A stretch of 64,000 nt of DNA from TPA_inf: Saccharomyces (lineage: Eukaryota): assembly GCA_000146045.2 (NCBI GenBank), contig BK006948.2, positions 1,027,292 to 1,091,291 of the forward strand. The letters run 5' to 3'. The notes beneath the pieces were generated by a model. It did not search any database. It was not told the DNA's origin and saw only the letters and a program-made list of their open reading frames with translations. Every line of letters starts with the position of its first letter. Position 1 is the stretch's first letter. The translations under genes were made by a program, and so were the position numbers. Positions 58,182 to 64,000 of this stretch are shown piece after piece.

Positions 58182-61100
58182 ATGAAAGTTTCCGATAGGC
58201 GTAAGTTTGAAAAAGCAAACTTTGACGAGTTTGAGTCGGCTCTAAATAACAAAAACGACTTGGTACATTGTCCCTCAATAACTTTATTTGAATCGATCCC
58301 CACGGAAGTGCGGTCATTCTACGAAGACGAAAAGTCTGGCCTAATCAAAGTGGTAAAATTCAGAACTGGTGCAATGGATAGGAAAAGGTCTTTTGAAAAA
58401 ATTGTCATTTCCGTCATGGTCGGGAAAAATGTACAAAAGTTCCTGACATTTGTTGAAGACGAACCAGATTTCCAGGGCGGACCAATCCCTTCAAAGTATC
58501 TTATTCCCAAGAAAATCAACTTGATGGTCTACACGTTGTTTCAAGTGCATACTTTGAAATTCAATAGAAAGGATTACGATACCCTTTCTCTTTTTTACCT
58601 CAACAGAGGATACTATAATGAGTTGAGTTTCCGTGTCCTGGAACGTTGTCACGAAATAGCGAGTGCCAGGCCGAACGACAGCTCTACGATGCGTACTTTC
58701 ACTGACTTTGTTTCTGGCGCACCTATTGTAAGGAGTCTTCAGAAAAGCACCATAAGGAAATATGGGTACAATTTGGCACCCTACATGTTCTTGTTACTAC
58801 ACGTAGATGAGCTATCGATTTTTTCTGCATACCAAGCAAGTTTACCTGGCGAAAAGAAAGTCGACACAGAGCGGCTGAAGCGTGATCTATGCCCACGTAA
58901 ACCCATTGAGATAAAGTACTTTTCACAGATATGTAACGATATGATGAACAAAAAAGACCGATTGGGTGATATTTTGCATATTATCTTGCGAGCATGTGCG
59001 CTCAATTTCGGGGCGGGTCCCCGTGGTGGCGCTGGTGACGAAGAGGATCGATCTATTACGAATGAAGAACCCATTATTCCCTCTGTGGACGAGCATGGCT
59101 TGAAAGTATGTAAGTTGCGTAGTCCTAACACTCCACGAAGACTCAGAAAAACACTAGATGCCGTGAAAGCTTTATTGGTGTCGTCTTGTGCTTGTACTGC
59201 AAGGGATTTAGATATATTTGATGACACCAACGGCGTTGCAATGTGGAAATGGATCAAAATTCTGTACCACGAAGTAGCGCAGGAAACCACGCTGAAGGAC
59301 TCTTATAGAATAACTTTGGTACCTTCTTCTGATGGTATATCAGTATGTGGAAAACTTTTTAATCGCGAGTATGTCCGCGGCTTTTACTTTGCATGCAAGG
59401 CTCAGTTCGATAACCTTTGGGGAGAGTTGAACAACTGCTTTTATATGCCTACAGTGGTTGATATTGCCAGCCTCATTTTGCGTAATCGAGAAGTTTTGTT
59501 CAGAGAGCCAAAGCGAGGAATTGACGAGTATCTGGAAAACGATTCTTTTCTTCAAATGATACCTGTTAAATATCGTGAAATTGTGCTGCCCAAGTTGAGA
59601 AGAGATACTAACAAAATGACCGCGGCTCTTAAAAATAAAGTCACTGTTGCAATTGACGAGCTTACGGTGCCACTTATGTGGATGGTCCATTTTGCCGTAG
59701 GATACCCTTACCGTTATCCAGAGCTTCAGCTACTCGCTTTTGCCGGTCCTCAGCGCAACGTATACGTCGATGATACAACAAGACGCATCCAACTGTACAC
59801 TGATTACAACAAGAACGGTTCATCGGAGCCTCGACTTAAGACGCTTGACGGACTCACTTCAGATTACGTGTTTTATTTTGTCACTGTGCTAAGGCAAATG
59901 CAAATATGTGCGCTTGGTAACAGTTATGACGCTTTTAATCATGATCCTTGGATGGATGTGGTGGGATTTGAGGATCCAGATCAAGTAACAAATCGAGACA
60001 TTTCGAGGATAGTTTTGTATTCCTACATGTTTCTGAATACCGCGAAGGGCTGTCTGGTTGAATACGCAACTTTTCGGCAGTACATGAGGGAACTTCCGAA
60101 GAATGCACCTCAGAAGCTGAATTTTCGGGAGATGCGTCAGGGGTTGATTGCCCTAGGACGGCACTGCGTAGGTAGCAGATTTGAAACAGATTTGTACGAG
60201 TCGGCGACGAGTGAACTCATGGCCAATCATTCCGTTCAAACAGGGCGAAATATTTACGGTGTGGATTCCTTTTCGTTAACTAGTGTCAGTGGGACGACCG
60301 CCACTTTATTGCAGGAACGAGCTTCCGAGCGCTGGATTCAATGGTTAGGCCTTGAAAGCGACTACCATTGTTCATTCTCTAGTACTCGGAATGCGGAAGA
60401 CGTAGTGGCAGGTGAGGCGGCGAGTTCAGATCATGATCAAAAAATTTCAAGAGTAACGCGAAAAAGGCCCCGAGAGCCCAAGAGTACAAACGATATCCTC
60501 GTCGCAGGCCAGAAACTCTTTGGCAGCTCCTTTGAATTCAGGGACTTGCATCAGTTGCGCTTATGTCATGAAATATACATGGCAGACACACCCTCTGTGG
60601 CAGTACAGGCCCCACCGGGCTATGGTAAGACGGAGTTATTTCATCTCCCCTTGATAGCACTGGCGTCTAAGGGCGACGTGAAATATGTGTCGTTTCTGTT
60701 TGTACCGTACACAGTGTTGCTTGCTAATTGCATGATCAGGTTGAGCCGATGCGGTTGCTTGAATGTGGCCCCTGTAAGAAACTTTATTGAAGAAGGTTGC
60801 GATGGCGTTACTGATTTATACGTGGGGATCTACGATGATCTTGCTAGCACTAATTTCACAGACAGGATAGCTGCGTGGGAGAATATTGTTGAGTGCACCT
60901 TTAGGACCAACAACGTAAAATTGGGTTACCTCATTGTAGATGAGTTTCACAACTTTGAAACGGAGGTCTACCGGCAGTCGCAATTTGGGGGCATAACTAA
61001 CCTTGATTTTGACGCTTTTGAGAAAGCAATCTTTTTGAGCGGCACAGCACCTGAGGCTGTAGCTGATGCTGCGTTGCAGCGTATTGGGCTTACGGGACTG

Positions 61101-63572
61101 GCCAAGAAGTCGATGGACATCAACGAGCTCAAACGGTCGGAAGATCTCAGCAGAGGTCTATCCAGCTATCCAACACGGATGTTTAATCTAATCAAGGAGA
61201 AATCCGAGGTGCCTTTAGGGCATGTTCATAAAATTTGGAAGAAAGTGGAATCACAGCCCGAAGAAGCACTGAAGCTTCTTTTAGCCCTCTTTGAAATTGA
61301 ACCAGAGTCGAAGGCCATTGTAGTTGCAAGCACAACCAACGAAGTGGAAGAATTGGCCTGCTCTTGGAGAAAGTATTTTAGGGTGGTATGGATACACGGG
61401 AAGCTGGGTGCTGCAGAAAAGGTGTCTCGCACAAAGGAGTTTGTCACTGACGGTAGCATGCGAGTTCTCATCGGAACGAAATTAGTGACTGAAGGAATTG
61501 ACATTAAGCAATTGATGATGGTGATCATGCTTGATAATAGACTTAATATTATTGAGCTCATTCAAGGCGTAGGGAGACTAAGAGATGGGGGCCTCTGTTA
61601 TCTATTATCTAGAAAAAACAGTTGGGCGGCAAGGAATCGTAAGGGTGAATTACCACCGATTAAGGAAGGCTGTATAACCGAACAGGTACGCGAGTTCTAT
61701 GGACTTGAATCAAAGAAAGGAAAAAAGGGCCAGCATGTTGGATGCTGTGGCTCCAGGACAGACCTGTCTGCTGACACAGTGGAACTGATAGAAAGAATGG
61801 ACAGATTGGCTGAAAAACAGGCGACAGCTTCCATGTCGATCATTGCGTTACCGTCTAGCTTCCAGGAGAGCAATAGCAGTGACAGGTGCAGAAAGTATTG
61901 CAGCAGTGATGAGGACAGCGACACGTGCATTCATGGTAGTGCTAATGCCAGTACCAATGCGACTACCAACTCCAGCACTAATGCTACTACCACTGCCAGC
62001 ACCAACGTCAGGACTAGTGCTACTACCACTGCCAGCATCAACGTCAGGACTAGTGCGATTACCACTGAAAGTACCAACTCCAGCACTAATGCTACTACCA
62101 CTGCCAGCACCAACGTCAGGACTAGTGCTACTACCACTGCCAGCATCAACGTCAGGACTAGTGCGACTACCACTGAAAGTACCAACTCCAACACTAGTGC
62201 TACTACCACCGAAAGTACCGACTCCAACACTAGTGCTACTACCACCGAAAGTACCGACTCCAACACTAGTGCTACTACCACTGCTAGCACCAACTCCAGC
62301 ACTAATGCCACTACCACTGCTAGCACCAACTCCAGCACTAATGCCACTACCACTGAAAGTACCAACGCTAGTGCCAAGGAGGACGCCAATAAAGATGGCA
62401 ATGCTGAGGATAATAGATTCCATCCAGTCACCGACATTAACAAAGAGTCGTATAAGCGGAAAGGGAGTCAAATGGTTTTGCTAGAGAGAAAGAAACTGAA
62501 AGCACAATTTCCCAATACTTCCGAGAATATGAATGTCTTACAGTTTCTTGGATTTCGGTCTGACGAAATTAAACATCTTTTCCTCTATGGTATTGACGTA
62601 TACTTCTGCCCAGAGGGAGTATTCACACAATACGGATTATGCAAGGGCTGTCAAAAGATGTTCGAGCTCTGTGTCTGTTGGGCTGGCCAGAAAGTATCGT
62701 ATCGGAGGATGGCTTGGGAAGCACTAGCTGTGGAGAGAATGCTGCGAAATGACGAGGAATACAAAGAATACTTGGAAGACATCGAGCCATATCATGGGGA
62801 CCCTGTAGGATATTTGAAATATTTTAGCGTAAAAAGGGGAGAGATCTACTCTCAGATACAGAGAAATTATGCTTGGTACCTGGCCATTACTAGAAGAAGA
62901 GAAACAATTAGTGTATTGGATTCGACAAGAGGCAAGCAAGGGAGCCAAGTTTTCCGCATGTCTGGAAGGCAGATCAAAGAGTTGTATTATAAAGTATGGA
63001 GCAACTTGCGTGAATCGAAGACAGAGGTGCTGCAGTACTTTTTGAACTGGGACGAGAAAAAGTGCCGGGAAGAATGGGAGGCAAAAGACGATACGGTCTT
63101 TGTGGAAGCGCTCGAGAAAGTTGGAGTTTTTCAGCGTTTGCGTTCCATGACGAGCGCTGGACTGCAGGGTCCGCAGTACGTCAAGCTGCAGTTTAGCAGG
63201 CATCATCGACAGTTGAGGAGCAGATATGAATTAAGTCTAGGAATGCACTTGCGAGATCAGCTTGCGCTGGGAGTTACCCCATCTAAAGTGCCGCATTGGA
63301 CGGCATTCCTGTCGATGCTGATAGGGCTGTTCTACAATAAAACATTTCGGCAGAAACTGGAATATCTTTTGGAGCAGATTTCGGAGGTGTGGTTGTTACC
63401 ACATTGGCTTGATTTGGCAAACGTTGAAGTTCTCGCTGCAGATAACACGAGGGTACCGCTGTACATGCTGATGGTAGCGGTTCACAAAGAGCTGGATAGC
63501 GATGATGTTCCAGACGGTAGATTTGATATAATATTACTATGTAGAGATTCGAGCAGAGAAGTTGGAGAGTGA
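58182..63572 (+). CDS. YRF1-8: Y'-element-encoded DNA helicase (1796 aa)
   Basis: Superfamily-2 helicase motifs (GYGKTE Walker A, DEFH box) and an internal 12-aa Ser/Thr/Asn-rich tandem repeat block. The single long ORF spans most of a long Y' element. Confidence 0.85.
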   Translation: MKVSDRRKFEKANFDEFESALNNKNDLVHCPSITLFESIPTEVRSFYEDEKSGLIKVVKFRTGAMDRKRSFEKIVISVMVGKNVQKFLTFVEDEPDFQGGPIPSKYLIPKKINLMVYTLFQVHTLKFNRKDYDTLSLFYLNRGYYNELSFRVLERCHEIASARPNDSSTMRTFTDFVSGAPIVRSLQKSTIRKYGYNLAPYMFLLLHVDELSIFSAYQASLPGEKKVDTERLKRDLCPRKPIEIKYFSQICNDMMNKKDRLGDILHIILRACALNFGAGPRGGAGDEEDRSITNEEPIIPSVDEHGLKVCKLRSPNTPRRLRKTLDAVKALLVSSCACTARDLDIFDDTNGVAMWKWIKILYHEVAQETTLKDSYRITLVPSSDGISVCGKLFNREYVRGFYFACKAQFDNLWGELNNCFYMPTVVDIASLILRNREVLFREPKRGIDEYLENDSFLQMIPVKYREIVLPKLRRDTNKMTAALKNKVTVAIDELTVPLMWMVHFAVGYPYRYPELQLLAFAGPQRNVYVDDTTRRIQLYTDYNKNGSSEPRLKTLDGLTSDYVFYFVTVLRQMQICALGNSYDAFNHDPWMDVVGFEDPDQVTNRDISRIVLYSYMFLNTAKGCLVEYATFRQYMRELPKNAPQKLNFREMRQGLIALGRHCVGSRFETDLYESATSELMANHSVQTGRNIYGVDSFSLTSVSGTTATLLQERASERWIQWLGLESDYHCSFSSTRNAEDVVAGEAASSDHDQKISRVTRKRPREPKSTNDILVAGQKLFGSSFEFRDLHQLRLCHEIYMADTPSVAVQAPPGYGKTELFHLPLIALASKGDVKYVSFLFVPYTVLLANCMIRLSRCGCLNVAPVRNFIEEGCDGVTDLYVGIYDDLASTNFTDRIAAWENIVECTFRTNNVKLGYLIVDEFHNFETEVYRQSQFGGITNLDFDAFEKAIFLSGTAPEAVADAALQRIGLTGLAKKSMDINELKRSEDLSRGLSSYPTRMFNLIKEKSEVPLGHVHKIWKKVESQPEEALKLLLALFEIEPESKAIVVASTTNEVEELACSWRKYFRVVWIHGKLGAAEKVSRTKEFVTDGSMRVLIGTKLVTEGIDIKQLMMVIMLDNRLNIIELIQGVGRLRDGGLCYLLSRKNSWAARNRKGELPPIKEGCITEQVREFYGLESKKGKKGQHVGCCGSRTDLSADTVELIERMDRLAEKQATASMSIIALPSSFQESNSSDRCRKYCSSDEDSDTCIHGSANASTNATTNSSTNATTTASTNVRTSATTTASINVRTSAITTESTNSSTNATTTASTNVRTSATTTASINVRTSATTTESTNSNTSATTTESTDSNTSATTTESTDSNTSATTTASTNSSTNATTTASTNSSTNATTTESTNASAKEDANKDGNAEDNRFHPVTDINKESYKRKGSQMVLLERKKLKAQFPNTSENMNVLQFLGFRSDEIKHLFLYGIDVYFCPEGVFTQYGLCKGCQKMFELCVCWAGQKVSYRRMAWEALAVERMLRNDEEYKEYLEDIEPYHGDPVGYLKYFSVKRGEIYSQIQRNYAWYLAITRRRETISVLDSTRGKQGSQVFRMSGRQIKELYYKVWSNLRESKTEVLQYFLNWDEKKCREEWEAKDDTVFVEALEKVGVFQRLRSMTSAGLQGPQYVKLQFSRHHRQLRSRYELSLGMHLRDQLALGVTPSKVPHWTAFLSMLIGLFYNKTFRQKLEYLLEQISEVWLLPHWLDLANVEVLAADNTRVPLYMLMVAVHKELDSDDVPDGRFDIILLCRDSSREVGE
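61936..62375 (+). repeat. Tandem 36-bp (12-codon) repeat array inside the Y' helicase ORF, about 12 units encoding TNATTTAS(T/I)N(V/S)RTSA-type peptides
   Basis: Directly visible periodicity of 36 nt: ...actaatgctactaccactgccagcaccaacgtcaggactagtgctactacc... repeated with point variants. Confidence 0.85.
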
Positions 63573-63840
63573 AGGAAATTGTTGTTACGAAAGTCAGTGA
63601 TTATGTATTGTGTAGTATAGTATATTGTAAGAAATTTTTTTTTCTAGGGAATATGCGTTTTGATGTAGTAGTATTTCACTGTTTTGATTTAGTGTTTGTT
63701 GCACGGCAGTAGCGAGAGACAAGTGGGAAAGAGTAGGATAAAAAGACAATCTATAAAAAGTAAACATAAAATAAAGGTAGTAAGTAGCTTTTGGTTGAAC
63801 ATCCGGGTAAGAGACAACAGGGCTTGGAGGAGACGTACAT

Positions 63841-63890
63841 GAGGGCTATTTAGGGCTATTTAGGGCTATGTAGAAGTGCTGTAGGGCTAA
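63841..63890 (+). repeat. Three tandem 10-bp units (G/T)AGGGCTAT(T/G) plus a fourth degenerate copy near the distal end of Y'
   Basis: gagggctatt tagggctatt tagggctatg ... gtagggctaa. Contains two TTAGGG cores (Tbf1-type). Confidence 0.7.
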
Positions 63891-63981
63891 AGAACAGGGT
63901 TTCATTTTCATTTTTTTTTTTTAATTTCGGTCAGAAAGCCGGGTAAGGTATGACAGCGAGAGTAGAGGTAGATGTGAGAGA

Positions 63982-64000
63982 GTGTGTGGGTGTGGTGTGT
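63982..64000 (+). repeat. Terminal telomeric TG1-3 repeats (window ends inside the telomere tract)
   Basis: gtgtgtgggtgtggtgtgt at the window end, directly after the Y' distal sequence gagagtagaggtagatgtgagagag. Confidence 0.85.

Larger units (their letters stand above)
57350..63981 (+). repeat. Long Y' subtelomeric element (approx. 6.6 kb), centromere-proximal boundary approximate
   Basis: Contains the YRF1 helicase ORF, the characteristic 36-bp repeat block, and ends in TG1-3 repeats. Length is consistent with Y'-long. Confidence 0.75.

Noticed and set aside
58781-59290. 169-aa minus-strand ORF
   Set aside because: Antisense within the Y' helicase ORF. No motif support.
61843-62484. 213-aa (+), 207-aa (-) and 170-aa (-) ORFs
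   Set aside because: All are generated by the 36-bp tandem repeat inside the Y' helicase gene (stop-poor periodic sequence).
1-64000. Ty element / solo LTR, CRISPR array, prokaryotic defence or biosynthetic operon
   Set aside because: No TGTTGGAATA...LTR termini, no regularly spaced direct repeats with unique spacers, and gene architecture is typical monocistronic yeast. This is a eukaryotic nuclear genome, so CRISPR and operon models do not apply.

Overview
The window is the terminal ~64 kb of the right arm of Saccharomyces cerevisiae chromosome XV (YOR368W to the Y' element and TG1-3 telomere, S288C-like). The identification rests on protein recognition (RPS12, ALD4, GDH1, FDH1, enolase-related ERR1, photolyase PHR1 and others), on gene order and sizes that match the known map, and on the subtelomeric structures: PAU gene, X core, X combinatorial repeats, Y' with its helicase ORF, and terminal TG1-3. 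Gene content runs from housekeeping and essential genes (RPS12, MRS6, GPB1, NDD1, NUD1, ALD4, GDH1, ATF1), through an Aft1 iron-regulon cluster (FRE3, FIT2, FIT3, FRE5), to a paralog-rich subtelomeric block (FDH1, YOR389W, FEX1, HSP33, ERR1, PAU21, YRF1-8). I found no evidence of a foreign or previously undescribed system. Every long ORF corresponds to a known yeast gene, spacing matches the reference layout, and there are no prokaryotic-style operons, CRISPR arrays, tRNA genes or Ty LTRs that I can support. The findings are therefore regulatory motifs, repeat tracts, start-codon annotation issues and structural observations, not novel systems. All coordinates of motifs were read by hand and may be off by a base or two.
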